From positions 90,702 through 154,701 of the forward strand of contig JBBRKR010000002.1 in assembly GCA_038231795.1 (NCBI GenBank): a DNA stretch of 64,000 nt, read 5' to 3'. The translations under genes were made by a program, and so were the position numbers. The DNA comes from Acidimicrobiales bacterium. Lineage in GTDB: Bacteria > Actinomycetota > Acidimicrobiia > Acidimicrobiales > JBBRKR01. Positions 10,106 to 19,963 of the stretch are shown piece by piece (within the stretch, counting starts at the first letter, position 1; each line of letters starts with the position of its first letter). The notes below the pieces were generated by a model. That model ran no database searches, had not been told where the DNA came from, and saw nothing but the letters and a program-made list of their open reading frames with translations.

Positions 10106-10654
10106 TTAGGAAGTCTTACGTTGCTCGATGACGCCCAAGATTCGCAATGACAACGGATACACGGCCAGTCCACACACGACTACTAACGCAGCTTTGAACG
10201 CCAAGGTCGGAGCGTCGGTACCGGTTTGGTGACCGTGAAGTCCAGCGAACACCACAGCCAGCACAGAGGTCAGGTGCACGGCCCGCCAGATTTTGCGAGG
10301 CAAGCGGATGGTTGGCCACGACGTGAACACCACAATGGCGAAGATGTATGTGGAAATGACGCCCCATGTGATGCCCATCGAAAAATCGCGAGCAGTGCCA
10401 GGAATGAAGATTTGCTTGAGGCCAATTCCGAGATCACTATCGGCGAATACGGCAACGATATGTGCACCAATAAAGGCGAGTGACAGGCCCCCGAGCCATT
10501 TGTGAAGATCGAGCCACCATGCCGGTCGGAGCTTTTTGCCGGTTTGACGGGCGGCAAATAGGAGCCCCCAAGCGAGCGAGGCGACGGCGAGCACCGTGGC
10601 CACAATGCCTGTGGAGCGCGAGACGTACCACCAAAATTCATTCATGGGCACCAT
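10106..10654 (-). CDS. ferric reductase-like transmembrane domain protein (MsrQ/YedZ-like heme b membrane protein)
   Basis: 182 aa and polytopic. Conserved His residues sit in TM helices (DLHKWLGG...GAHIV and VHLTS...GLHGH). It lies directly upstream of the FMN-bind gene on the same strand. Confidence 0.6.
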   Translation of the reverse strand: MVPMNEFWWYVSRSTGIVATVLAVASLAWGLLFAARQTGKKLRPAWWLDLHKWLGGLSLAFIGAHIVAVFADSDLGIGLKQIFIPGTARDFSMGITWGVISTYIFAIVVFTSWPTIRLPRKIWRAVHLTSVLAVVFAGLHGHQTGTDAPTLAFKAALVVVCGLAVYPLSLRILGVIEQRKTS

Positions 10655-10742
10655 TGTGTACGGCGAACGTCAAAGGGAGCTGCGATTCACCTATTTTCTT
10701 ACTGAGTGCTGAACAGCGACGGGCGTTACTAGGCTGGAAGGT

Positions 10743-12044
10743 ATGAACACGGACTCGATACCAACCCCGGTGGTTGTCGCGCCAACTACTCGCCGCCGTT
10801 TTCTGGGCATGATGGGCGCTGCCGCTGTTGGCGTAGGCGCATTGGCAAGTTGTTCCAACGATTCAGCCAAGCCTCGCGTTGCGTCTGGCGGCGACGATTC
10901 GCCGACCGCGCCTGCTGGGCCTACCTCACCTGGTTCAAGTGGTTCGGTTTCGAGTTCGCTCGCACCCACAACGGTGACCTCGAGCACGGCCGCTCCCGCA
11001 GTCACCGTGCCAGGTACCAATCGTCCGCCGCAGTTCGTCATGATCAGTTTCGATGGCTCGGGGTCGACGGGACTGATGAACTATTGGCGCAATGTTTCCG
11101 CCGAAACCGGCGCCAAGTTTTCATTCTTCATTTCCGGCGTGTACCTGCTCACGGAAGCCAACCGTAAGTTGTACCAGCCGCCTCGGCACTCCGCGGGTCG
11201 AAGCGACATCGGCAACTTCACGCCCGGCAAAGATGCCAATGGCAACCCGCTTGATATCCAAGCTGACATGTACGAGTTGCTGAAGCAATGGAAAGCGGCC
11301 CACGAAGAGGGCCACGAAATTGGCACCCACTTCAACGGTCACTTCTGTGGTGAGACCGATCCTACTTCGGTGCACAATTGGACGGCCGACGATTGGCGAA
11401 ACGAGATCAGTCAGTTCAATACGTTGTTGACGAACGTGGCGGAAAATAACGGGTTGCCCAAGATCGATTTGCCGTTCGGGCCCGCCGACATTAAAGGAGG
11501 CCGGACCCCTTGTTTACAGGGCAAACTCGACGATGTTTTGTACCCGACGTTGGCCGAGCTGGGTTGGCGTTACGACTCCAGTCATGACGCAGCCGAGGGT
11601 GTGTGGCCGAAGAAAATTGCCGGAATCTGGAGCCTTCCGTTGCACAACATCAAGTTGGTGGGAAGTAATTTGACGACCTTTACCATGGATTACAACTTCT
11701 TCGCTCAACAAACGTATCTGGCCACGAAGTCGTACACGCCCAAGTCGACCACCGATCCAGCTGTTGCCGACCAATACCGCCAACAGACGTACGATTCGTA
11801 CAAGCGGTATTTCGAAAATGCGTACTACGGCACCCGAGCACCAATGGTCATTGGCCACCACTTCGCGAAGTGGAATATGAGCGCCTATATCGACGCCATC
11901 ACTCAAGTGATCCGCGAATTGGCGCCAATGCCCGAAGTGCACTTTGTGACAAAGTCGACAATGTGTGATTGGCTCGACGCTCTGACGCCCGATCAGCTCA
12001 AGGCGTATCGCAACGAAAAATTCGACCGCCTCGTCAAGGCCTGA
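10743..12044 (+). CDS. polysaccharide deacetylase-like (NodB-type) secreted lipoprotein
   Basis: 433 aa with a Tat/lipobox signal (TRRRFLGMMGAAAVGVGALASCS). ISFDGSG and HEIGTHFNGH resemble NodB metal motifs. The family assignment is tentative. Confidence 0.5.
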   Translation: MNTDSIPTPVVVAPTTRRRFLGMMGAAAVGVGALASCSNDSAKPRVASGGDDSPTAPAGPTSPGSSGSVSSSLAPTTVTSSTAAPAVTVPGTNRPPQFVMISFDGSGSTGLMNYWRNVSAETGAKFSFFISGVYLLTEANRKLYQPPRHSAGRSDIGNFTPGKDANGNPLDIQADMYELLKQWKAAHEEGHEIGTHFNGHFCGETDPTSVHNWTADDWRNEISQFNTLLTNVAENNGLPKIDLPFGPADIKGGRTPCLQGKLDDVLYPTLAELGWRYDSSHDAAEGVWPKKIAGIWSLPLHNIKLVGSNLTTFTMDYNFFAQQTYLATKSYTPKSTTDPAVADQYRQQTYDSYKRYFENAYYGTRAPMVIGHHFAKWNMSAYIDAITQVIRELAPMPEVHFVTKSTMCDWLDALTPDQLKAYRNEKFDRLVKA

Positions 12045-12049
12045 CGGCG

Positions 12050-12835
12050 ATGCCCGTTGCCACTACCTCCGATGGCATCGCCATTCATTACACGACAATC
12101 GGTTCTGGCGATGATGTGGTTCTTGTCCATGGCCTCACGGATCGGAGCGAGTCGTGGGGTGCGATCGCTGACGCCCTCGCGAGCACGTATTGCGTTACGA
12201 CGCTCGACCTGCGCGGTCACGGCGCTTCGGATGATGCCAATGATTATCGATCGATCGGTATGGCCCGTGATGTGGCCGCGGTCGTCGCCGATGCTGGCAT
12301 CAGCAATCCGCTTGTGGTGGGCCACTCGCTGGGCGGCATTGTGGCCACCGCGTACGCCAGCGACCACCCGGTGCGCGGCGTTGTCAACGTAGATCAGAGC
12401 TTGCAACTCAGCGCCTTCAAGGACTCGTTGGCGCAGGGCGCGCCGTTTCTTCAAGATCCGTTGAGTTTCCCGGCCGTGATCGAGATGCTTTTCGATGGGC
12501 TCAATGGAGCGCACATCAGCGCCGAAATGGCAGCGGCTATTAAGTCCACGTCGACGCCACGCCAGGAAGTTGTGTTGGGCGTTTGGAATCAAGTGTTGGA
12601 TTCCACTGTCGAGGAACTCGACCGCCTCGTCAGCGAAATGTGCGCCACGGTTTCGGCTCCGTATTTGGCCCTGATTTTTGGCGACGAGGACCCGAATTAT
12701 CGGGCAAAATTGAGTGAGTGGTTGTCCCAATCACATTGCGAATTCTGGACCGGCGTAGGCCATTTTGGACATCGCGAACGCTCGCCGGAATTCGTGGCGC
12801 GAGTTATAGATTTCGACGAATCGTTGATTCGTTAA
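12050..12835 (+). CDS. alpha/beta hydrolase
   Basis: I moved the start from the track's 11969 to the ATG at 12050 to avoid overlapping the upstream gene. It has the nucleophile elbow VVGHSLGG and an HGL oxyanion region. Confidence 0.75.
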   Translation: MPVATTSDGIAIHYTTIGSGDDVVLVHGLTDRSESWGAIADALASTYCVTTLDLRGHGASDDANDYRSIGMARDVAAVVADAGISNPLVVGHSLGGIVATAYASDHPVRGVVNVDQSLQLSAFKDSLAQGAPFLQDPLSFPAVIEMLFDGLNGAHISAEMAAAIKSTSTPRQEVVLGVWNQVLDSTVEELDRLVSEMCATVSAPYLALIFGDEDPNYRAKLSEWLSQSHCEFWTGVGHFGHRERSPEFVARVIDFDESLIR

Positions 12836-13719
12836 TCGAGCCCGGCGAAAAATTCGGTGATCGTTGCGGCTACCAGTGCTGGCGCCTCCATGGGACCAAA
12901 ATGGGTGAGCTGATCAAACTGTTTGTATGAGCCATTTTTCATGTTGAGGGCTATCGTTTCGGCCATGGCTGCAGGACCAGCGCCGTCGATATTGCCGGCT
13001 ACTACGAGCACTGGGCACGTGACTTCGTTGAGCCTTTCGAAGGTCCCGTGGCTGCCGCCCATTTCGAATGTGAGCGCCTCGTTTTCGCCGGTGCATTTCA
13101 ACGTCACGGCGCCGTTGCCGTCATCCCGAAACCCATAGTCGACGTAGTCGCGCAGCATTGACGCGTTCCAACCCGATAACGGTGGCTTGGACCTGTAGTT
13201 GTCAAAAGCGGCATCAAACGAGGCAAAGGTGGAGCGTCGTTTCCGGGCTCCGGTGGCCAGAAAATTGTCTTGGCCTTGCGGTATCTCGATGACGGCGGGC
13301 ATGACAATTGGTTCAAAAACCACGAGGCCGGCAAACGTGCCTGGGGCCTCGAGCTCTGCCATCAGCAACGCTGCTCCACCCATCGAGTGCCCAAAGGCGA
13401 AGAGTGGTTTCGCGTCCAAGTGGGCGGCATAGGTAGTGGTGTCTTGCCCGTATCCGTGCCAATGGAAATCGCCCTCGGCCGGTGAGGAGGAGTCGCCGTG
13501 GCCCCGGTAATCAAGCGCCACACTGTGGTAGTTGGCAGCGAGTTCATTGGCCAGCGAACGATAAACACGGCCATGAAAGCCAGTGGCATGGGCCAGAAGC
13601 AGCATTGGTCCCGAGCCTCCGAAATCGTAGGTTGCGAGCTGAACACCGTTGGTCGATTCGAGTACCTGCACCGTAAGAGTTTTGCCGGGCGGCGTGCTTG
13701 CCGACGCATCGGCGGCCAC
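12832..13719 (-). CDS. alpha/beta hydrolase
   Basis: 295 aa with a GTG start, the nucleophile elbow FGHSMGG and an LLLAHATGFHG motif. Confidence 0.75.
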   Translation of the reverse strand: MAADASASTPPGKTLTVQVLESTNGVQLATYDFGGSGPMLLLAHATGFHGRVYRSLANELAANYHSVALDYRGHGDSSSPAEGDFHWHGYGQDTTTYAAHLDAKPLFAFGHSMGGAALLMAELEAPGTFAGLVVFEPIVMPAVIEIPQGQDNFLATGARKRRSTFASFDAAFDNYRSKPPLSGWNASMLRDYVDYGFRDDGNGAVTLKCTGENEALTFEMGGSHGTFERLNEVTCPVLVVAGNIDGAGPAAMAETIALNMKNGSYKQFDQLTHFGPMEAPALVAATITEFFAGLD

Positions 13720-13742
13720 CTCGCCGCCGTAACCTTGACCCT

Positions 13743-14618
13743 ATGACTCTTCGCCTGGCTACTCGGTCTAGCTTGCAAGCCAGAACTCAATCGGAATTCG
13801 TCGCCGCCCAAATTTCCGCTAAAACCGGTCGTGCGGTGGAGTTGGTTTTTGTTGACACTGCCGGTGATCGCGACCGCACCACACCATTGGGTCAGATCGG
13901 TGGCCGTGGCATCTTCGTGAAAGAAGTGCAACAGGCTGTTATCGATGGACACGCTGATTTTGCCGTGCACTCGGCCAAGGACTTGCCATCTAGTTTTCAT
14001 GCCGAAGGGCTCACGCTGGCAAGTGTTCCCCAACGGGGCGACGCCCGCGATGCGCTCGTGGGCGCATCGCTTGGCGATCTGCATAGCGGCTCCACTGTGG
14101 CCACCGGATCGGCTCGTCGTGAAGCCATGCTGGGGGCGCTCGTGCCGGGCCTGAAGTTCGTGTCTTTGCGAGGCAACACACCCACTCGGGTGGCTCGGGC
14201 GTCTGACCCAGAAATCGACGCCGTGATTGCCGCAGTGGCTGGAGTTACGTGGGTGGATCTGCAGCACGAATTGAGCTACATCTTTTCTCCAGACGAAATG
14301 GTTCCCCAGGTGGGCCAAGGCGCCCTCGCTTTGGAATGCCGTGCCGACGACCACCACACCATTGCCGCGTTGCGGCTCATCGAAGATCCGATCAGCCGCT
14401 TGGCCGTCGACGCCGAACGTGCCTATCTCAGCGAACTGGGTGGAGGATGCGAGCAGCCCGTAGGGGCGTACGCCACCATCGTGGGCGACCACATTTCGAT
14501 CGTGGGATTCTTAGCCGCCACGATTCATGGGCGGCATGTCAAGGCCACCATGGTGGGCGAGGATGCGTCGGTTGGTGCGCAGCTCGCCGATCAACTTCGA
14601 GCGTTACTCGCCGAGTAG
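13743..14618 (+). CDS. hemC: hydroxymethylbilane synthase (porphobilinogen deaminase)
   Basis: I moved the start to the ATG at 13743. MTLRLATRSSLQARTQ matches the usual HemC N-terminus as I remember it. The domain order is typical of the family. Confidence 0.85.
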   Translation: MTLRLATRSSLQARTQSEFVAAQISAKTGRAVELVFVDTAGDRDRTTPLGQIGGRGIFVKEVQQAVIDGHADFAVHSAKDLPSSFHAEGLTLASVPQRGDARDALVGASLGDLHSGSTVATGSARREAMLGALVPGLKFVSLRGNTPTRVARASDPEIDAVIAAVAGVTWVDLQHELSYIFSPDEMVPQVGQGALALECRADDHHTIAALRLIEDPISRLAVDAERAYLSELGGGCEQPVGAYATIVGDHISIVGFLAATIHGRHVKATMVGEDASVGAQLADQLRALLAE

Positions 14619-14640
14619 ATCGCCGGCCGGGGTTCGGCGA

Positions 14641-16755
14641 TTAGATGGCTTTGAGGTGCAACAGGAACACTGATTCGGGATGCAACACATTGAGCTGCAC
14701 GCCATGGTTCTCGAGTTGCTTGCCAGTGAGGTGAAGGAATCCAGTACGAAACCATCCGGTAGCTGTTTGCATGGCGCCGTATTCGGGCGTCGGCATGAGC
14801 ATTCGTACCTCGTAGCGGACCATTGGATCGAGACCCACTATCCGCACTGGAGCATTGATGCTGGAGAGCGGAAACGCCAATTGGGCAACGCTGACCACAG
14901 CCTCGGCCTTATCGGCGGCAATGAACGCCACAGCAGTGACGCTGGGGTCTGGATGTTCCTGGCGGACAACTGTCGAAGAGTGGAACAGTTTGCGATGGGT
15001 TTTGTGCACGCCGATAGCGCCTCGCAAATCAAGAAAATCGCGTTGCTCTGTGCGGATCAGATTCCATTCCACGCCAAGGTGGTAGGGCAGCGCGGTGGCA
15101 CTTCGGAATGCCGTGGAATGAGTGCGAGCCGTGGTGTGTGATTTTGGCGGACCAATGTGGGAACCCAAAATTTCCGGTGGCCAAAAATATGAGGCGCCGC
15201 GTTGGATGTGCTGACGCTCCAACGGATCGTTGCAATCCGACGTCCACACTCGCACTGTCCGTTTGAGGATCTCGGCGTCGATGCGGCCACCGCCAGAGGC
15301 GCAGCTCTCGATCTCCAGGCGCGGATATTCGATCATCAGTTTGTCGATTAAGCGATACAGCGCCAGCGTCTGATTGTGCATTGCGGCGCGGCCCAAATGG
15401 GCTGGCTGTGCCGTGTCACGGTTCATGTCCCACTTCAGATAGCTGATGGCATTGACGGCCAATAGACCATCCAGTTTGGTGAACAGGTAGTCAAATACTT
15501 CGGGATTGGTGAGGTCGAGCACCAACTGGTTCCGATACAAATCGCGTGGGTAGCCGTCGACGGCGAGCACCCAATCGGGGTGTTGGCGATAGAGGTCGGA
15601 GTCGGGGTTGACCATCTCCGGCTCGACCCACAGGCCGAACTCCATACCCAATTCACGCACCAATGTGATCAGCGGCGTGAGTCCGTCTGGGTACTGCCCA
15701 AGGTCCACCCACCAGTCGCCCAAGCCCGCTCGATCGTTGCGTCGTGAGCCGAACCAGCCGTCGTCGAGCACGAATCGTTCCACTCCCGCTTCTGCACCTT
15801 TGCGGGCTAGTTCTTGCAACGTTTCCATGTCGTGTTTGAAGTACACGGCTTCCCACGTGTTGAGCGTCACGGGGCGAAGTCGTTGCGGCGATGGGTGTCC
15901 TGGGCGGCTGCGCCAATGGGCGTGAAACTGCTGGCTGGCCTGGTTGAGACCGTTGGTCGACGGTGACGAAAAAACCTGCGGTGTGGTGTACGACTCGCCG
16001 GGTTGCAAAACCATTTCACCGGCGTCGAACAGCTCGCCGAGTTGTATGTACCCGCGTCCGTCGGTCATGCGTTCAACCCGCACGACGTGATTCCCGCTCC
16101 AGCCCAAATGCCAGCCGGTTACGTTGCCTCTGTGTTCGCCAAAGCCAGCTTCGCCGACGAAGACGCCGGGAAAGCGATCCGACGACGTGCGTCCGCGTCG
16201 GCTCTCGCGCACCAATGCATGAGGGCCAAGCATGGTGCGGGTAGCGGAAAATTCGTGACACCACCGGCCATCGAATCCGAGTACTTCGTGGGCGTACGGC
16301 GCAAGCGGCAGCGTGACCAGTAGCTCGTCAAGACTGTAGGGCGAATCGCCTTCGTTGGTGAGGGTGTAGTCCACCACGAGCACGTCGTTGGTGGGTGTTC
16401 CGAAGCGGAGCGCCATCTCAATCTTGAGCCCGGCTTGAGGGTCGCGACACGTTCCCGTGAAGCTGTCGAACCCGAGTTGGTAGGAGTCAAATTCGAATCG
16501 GGGCGACCAATCCAATCGATCGCGCTGCCCGCGCAAGCCAGGATGCCCCGTAAAGCCTCTGGAGGGCTCAGGGAGCAACGACAACGGTGCTTCGTGTATT
16601 TGTGATGCGTTGGTGACTGGGCGCCCGAGGGCGGCGCGCACCGTGGTTTCGTCGATGTCGCCCAGGTCTGCGCCAAACCACAGAACCTGGGGGACACCGT
16701 CATCAGTATCAATTACCAGCGAGACGCGTCCGCCTCGCAAATGAATCATGGCCAT
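14641..16755 (-). CDS. alpha-galactosidase, glycoside hydrolase family 36
   Basis: 704 aa with the GH36 motifs LKWDMNRD and IESCASGGGRID. Confidence 0.85.
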   Translation of the reverse strand: MAMIHLRGGRVSLVIDTDDGVPQVLWFGADLGDIDETTVRAALGRPVTNASQIHEAPLSLLPEPSRGFTGHPGLRGQRDRLDWSPRFEFDSYQLGFDSFTGTCRDPQAGLKIEMALRFGTPTNDVLVVDYTLTNEGDSPYSLDELLVTLPLAPYAHEVLGFDGRWCHEFSATRTMLGPHALVRESRRGRTSSDRFPGVFVGEAGFGEHRGNVTGWHLGWSGNHVVRVERMTDGRGYIQLGELFDAGEMVLQPGESYTTPQVFSSPSTNGLNQASQQFHAHWRSRPGHPSPQRLRPVTLNTWEAVYFKHDMETLQELARKGAEAGVERFVLDDGWFGSRRNDRAGLGDWWVDLGQYPDGLTPLITLVRELGMEFGLWVEPEMVNPDSDLYRQHPDWVLAVDGYPRDLYRNQLVLDLTNPEVFDYLFTKLDGLLAVNAISYLKWDMNRDTAQPAHLGRAAMHNQTLALYRLIDKLMIEYPRLEIESCASGGGRIDAEILKRTVRVWTSDCNDPLERQHIQRGASYFWPPEILGSHIGPPKSHTTARTHSTAFRSATALPYHLGVEWNLIRTEQRDFLDLRGAIGVHKTHRKLFHSSTVVRQEHPDPSVTAVAFIAADKAEAVVSVAQLAFPLSSINAPVRIVGLDPMVRYEVRMLMPTPEYGAMQTATGWFRTGFLHLTGKQLENHGVQLNVLHPESVFLLHLKAI

Positions 16756-16764
16756 AGGCCGAAG

Positions 16765-17778
16765 TTACCCCTTCGGTTGGGTAGTTGTGGTGGTCTGTCC
16801 TGCGGCTGGAGTGGTGACAAGCGGTGTAATCGGTTGCCCGAATGGGTAGAAGATGGTCGAGCCTGACTTTGACAGCGCTTCGATTTCTTTTGCCTTCAAC
16901 AACACATCGGTAAGAGACTTCGACAGAATGTTGTTGGCATCCGCCTCGCCTTGGGCGGAAATAACCTTGGCCTCGGCGTCAGTTTGAGCGACCTTCTTGC
17001 GGGTCTCAGCTTCCGTTTGCGCCTGGCCCTGCAGAATCAATGCCTTCTCGGCTTGTTGCTTCGCTTCCAGTTTTGCTGTGATCTGCGTCTGTAGTTTCTC
17101 TTCCAACTTGGCGTCGCGGACCTTCAAGGCGTCGAGGACTATGCCACGCTTTGCCAAGCGGTCTCGGAGCTCCGTTTCGGCGATCGTGGCAATGACTTCT
17201 CGTTTGGATGTATATGCCTCTTCGGCTTTGTAACGGGAGTACACATCACGAATCAGTGAGCGGGCATCGGGTCGGATGACGCGCTCGCGTATGCCGTCCA
17301 TCGAGCCCACTTGACGATACAACTGATCGGCGCTGTCGAGCACCAAGCTGTAGCGCACAGTTACGTCGAGTATCAGCCGCCCGCCTTCATTGCTCAATAC
17401 TTCCACGCCGTCTGGGGTGGTGCGATCGCCTTCGGTCGGCACATTGGTCATATTTGACTCTTGTAGCCGGGTAGAGAATTCGGTGATGGTGGTCCATGGC
17501 GCCACCACTTGTACGCCAGGCGAAAGGGGGCTGCCGATCTTGCCGAACGTCACGGGAATGCCGACCGACGTAGCGCCAACCACACGCACCATCGAGCCCA
17601 CAATGAGCACAATGCCGAGAACCAGCGGTATGAGAGCCAGTCCCCGAAGGCTTCGATGTTTGGCAGGAGTGACTTGCCCGAGGCGAGGATTGCCAATCGC
17701 CGGTGTGGTGACGCCCTTCACGATGAACATCACAACGCCGACGAGAATGAGCAGAATTCCGAAAATGAATGGGGCCAT
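16765..17778 (-). CDS. SPFH/band 7 (prohibitin-like) membrane protein
   Basis: 337 aa with two N-terminal TM helices, an SPFH core and a coiled-coil Ala/Glu/Gln-rich C-terminal region. Confidence 0.8.
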   Translation of the reverse strand: MAPFIFGILLILVGVVMFIVKGVTTPAIGNPRLGQVTPAKHRSLRGLALIPLVLGIVLIVGSMVRVVGATSVGIPVTFGKIGSPLSPGVQVVAPWTTITEFSTRLQESNMTNVPTEGDRTTPDGVEVLSNEGGRLILDVTVRYSLVLDSADQLYRQVGSMDGIRERVIRPDARSLIRDVYSRYKAEEAYTSKREVIATIAETELRDRLAKRGIVLDALKVRDAKLEEKLQTQITAKLEAKQQAEKALILQGQAQTEAETRKKVAQTDAEAKVISAQGEADANNILSKSLTDVLLKAKEIEALSKSGSTIFYPFGQPITPLVTTPAAGQTTTTTQPKG

Positions 17779-17840
17779 GGCCGCAACTATGCCCGGTCGC
17801 TCACCGAATTCACAACCTTCGTCTTAACGAAAGGCGGTAT

Positions 17841-18467
17841 TCAGATTCGTTTGACGATGCGGAGGCCCGCCCACGCCAGGTCAGCAGCTTGCTGAGCCAA
17901 TTTTGCGGGGTCGATGGTGAGGCCCTCTGCAACGCACAATTGGCCCATCCCCTCGGCCATGGCCACGATGCCGACGGACAACATTCGCCGGTGGGCGTCA
18001 TCGATATCGGCGTGGATCAACGTGGCAATTGTGGTGGCAATCGAAGCCTTGAGCGCCCGCACCGGCTCGTGCAATTCGGCGTCCACTCCGGCGGCATCTG
18101 TGAACAAGACGGTGAAGGCAGGTTGGTGATGCACGACGAATGTGAAGTACGCCAGGAAGCCTCTGCTGACCTGCTCATGAGGTGTTGGAGCATCGGCGGT
18201 GGCCTTCACGATCTCGTTCAGCAGACGGGCGCAGCAATCGTCGAGCACGGCCAAATACAGTTCGCGCTTTGAGGGAAAATGGCGGTACAACACTGGCTTG
18301 GTGATGCCTGCCGCGGCGGCAAGATCGTTCATTGACGTGGCGTGATAGCCAGCCGTTCCAAACGAATTTTCGGCCACCTCAAGGAGCTGCGCCCGGCGGT
18401 CTCGTTTGGTCATGCGGGCAACGCTTGCGCTTCCAGTGGCACCTGTACCTGTTGCGTCAACGAGCAT
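17841..18467 (-). CDS. TetR/AcrR family transcriptional regulator
   Basis: 208 aa with the TetR HTH motif GYHATSMNDLAAAAGITKPVLYRHFPSKRELY. Confidence 0.85.
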   Translation of the reverse strand: MLVDATGTGATGSASVARMTKRDRRAQLLEVAENSFGTAGYHATSMNDLAAAAGITKPVLYRHFPSKRELYLAVLDDCCARLLNEIVKATADAPTPHEQVSRGFLAYFTFVVHHQPAFTVLFTDAAGVDAELHEPVRALKASIATTIATLIHADIDDAHRRMLSVGIVAMAEGMGQLCVAEGLTIDPAKLAQQAADLAWAGLRIVKRI

Positions 18468-18736
18468 TACATGCGGCGCTTTCTCGGAATGCCGAGCTCT
18501 TCGCGCACGGCTTTTTTCACGCCGTAGTCAAAGACGATGGCGGGAGCCAGAATGAGTGAGCCAACGGCCATGCACGCAGTAATGGAGCTGGTGATAGGGA
18601 CCGTGAATCCGCGGGCAAACCCAATCCCGAACAAAATACACGCCGCCAAAAACATTAGGTAACCGAGTCGTTTCCCGAGTTTCACCGCCGTCGAAATACG
18701 GGCTCGTTGCTGGTCGACGGAAGAAGTCACGGACAC
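18467..18736 (-). CDS. hypothetical small membrane protein
   Basis: 89 aa with two predicted TM helices. Its stop overlaps the TetR start (TAATG), which suggests co-transcription. Confidence 0.45.
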   Translation of the reverse strand: MSVTSSVDQQRARISTAVKLGKRLGYLMFLAACILFGIGFARGFTVPITSSITACMAVGSLILAPAIVFDYGVKKAVREELGIPRKRRM

Positions 18737-18781
18737 AAGCCTGCCTGAAACGTGCTCGTGCGGTGAAGTGCACCCGGTAAC

Positions 18782-19963
18782 TTGCCTGACGTGAATCGCG
18801 TACCGTTTCTAGCCGAACGTCTTCAAGGATTCGGCACCACAATTTTCGCCGAGATGTCGGGACTGGCATTGGCCACAGGAGCCATCAATCTGGGGCAAGG
18901 TTTCCCCGATACCGATGGGCCCGCCGAGGTGCTCGAAGCTGCCATCGCCGCCATGCGGTCCGGCGCCAATCAATACCCACCAGGTACTGGCGTCCCAGCC
19001 CTGCGGCGCGCTATTTCTGATCATCAACAACGCTTCTACGGATTGTCCTTCGACCCGGATACCGAAGTGTTGGTAACCGCCGGCGCTACAGAAGCCATTG
19101 CCGCGTCGCTACTGAGCCTGGTCGATCCCGGGGATGAAGTAATTGTATTTGAGCCCATGTACGACAGCTACTCGGCATGCATCTCTATGGCCGGTGGAGT
19201 GCGCGTTCCCGTGCTCCTCAACGCACCTGATTACGCCGTAGACCTCACCGCCTTGCGGCACGCAGTAACCCCGCGTACGAAGGCGATTCTGGTCAACTCG
19301 CCCCACAATCCAACCGGCAAGGTGTTTAGTCGCCTTGAGCTTTCCGCGATTGCCGAGTTAGCTGTGAAGCACGACCTGTTGGTGATTAGCGATGAGGTGT
19401 ACGAGCATCTGGTGTTCGAGGGTGAGCATGTGCCCATGGCCGCATTGCCGGGAATGCGTGACCGCACGGTGACAATTTCGAGTGGTGGGAAGTCGTTCAG
19501 TTTCACTGGGTGGAAAGTTGGTTGGGCCTGCGCTAGTGCGGCCCTCGTGAGTGCAATTCGCACTGCCAAACAATTCTTGACATACGTCAATGGTTCCGGA
19601 TTTCAAGAGGGGATCGCCGTCGGCCTTGGGCTCCCCGACACCTACTTCATGGATTTCGCCGCCGACATGAAGTCAAAACGAGATCGGTTGTCGAGTGGGT
19701 TGGCGGCCGCTGGGTTTGCCGTAATGCCCACCAGCGGCACCTATTTCGTGACCGCCGATATCACGCCATTTGGTGAAGTTGACGGCTATGAATTTTGTCG
19801 CCAGCTGCCTCATCGCTGTGGCGTGGTGGCCGTGCCCAATGTGGTGTTTTACGACAACAAAACAGTTGGCCAGTCGCTGGTGAGATTCGCGTTTTGCAAA
19901 CGCCATGCGGTGATCGACGAGGCGTGCGATCGTCTCGCCACTCTGCAAGGATCAGGGCTATGA
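18782..19963 (+). CDS. pyridoxal phosphate-dependent aminotransferase (class I/II)
   Basis: About 393 aa with a non-ATG (TTG) start in the track. PLP-lysine region: SSGGKSFSFTGWKVGW. It also has the NSPHNPTG motif. Confidence 0.8.
   Translation: MPDVNRVPFLAERLQGFGTTIFAEMSGLALATGAINLGQGFPDTDGPAEVLEAAIAAMRSGANQYPPGTGVPALRRAISDHQQRFYGLSFDPDTEVLVTAGATEAIAASLLSLVDPGDEVIVFEPMYDSYSACISMAGGVRVPVLLNAPDYAVDLTALRHAVTPRTKAILVNSPHNPTGKVFSRLELSAIAELAVKHDLLVISDEVYEHLVFEGEHVPMAALPGMRDRTVTISSGGKSFSFTGWKVGWACASAALVSAIRTAKQFLTYVNGSGFQEGIAVGLGLPDTYFMDFAADMKSKRDRLSSGLAAAGFAVMPTSGTYFVTADITPFGEVDGYEFCRQLPHRCGVVAVPNVVFYDNKTVGQSLVRFAFCKRHAVIDEACDRLATLQGSGL

Noticed and set aside
11969-12049. N-terminally extended versions of many track ORFs (starts at 11969, 13698, 19795, 31719, 34389, 37172, 42340, 43910, 48530, 48763, 54868, 59042 and 61200)
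   Set aside because: Each extension overlaps the preceding gene or a regulatory site such as CIRCE. The extensions have atypical composition. A downstream start restores the canonical family N-terminus, often with an RBS or a stop/start overlap. I re-assigned the starts accordingly.
13362-14492. 376-aa minus-strand ORF antisense to hemC
   Set aside because: It lies antisense to a well-supported hemC and overlaps the alpha/beta hydrolase gene. Its composition is Arg/Gly/His-rich and low in complexity, as is typical of shadow ORFs in GC-rich DNA.
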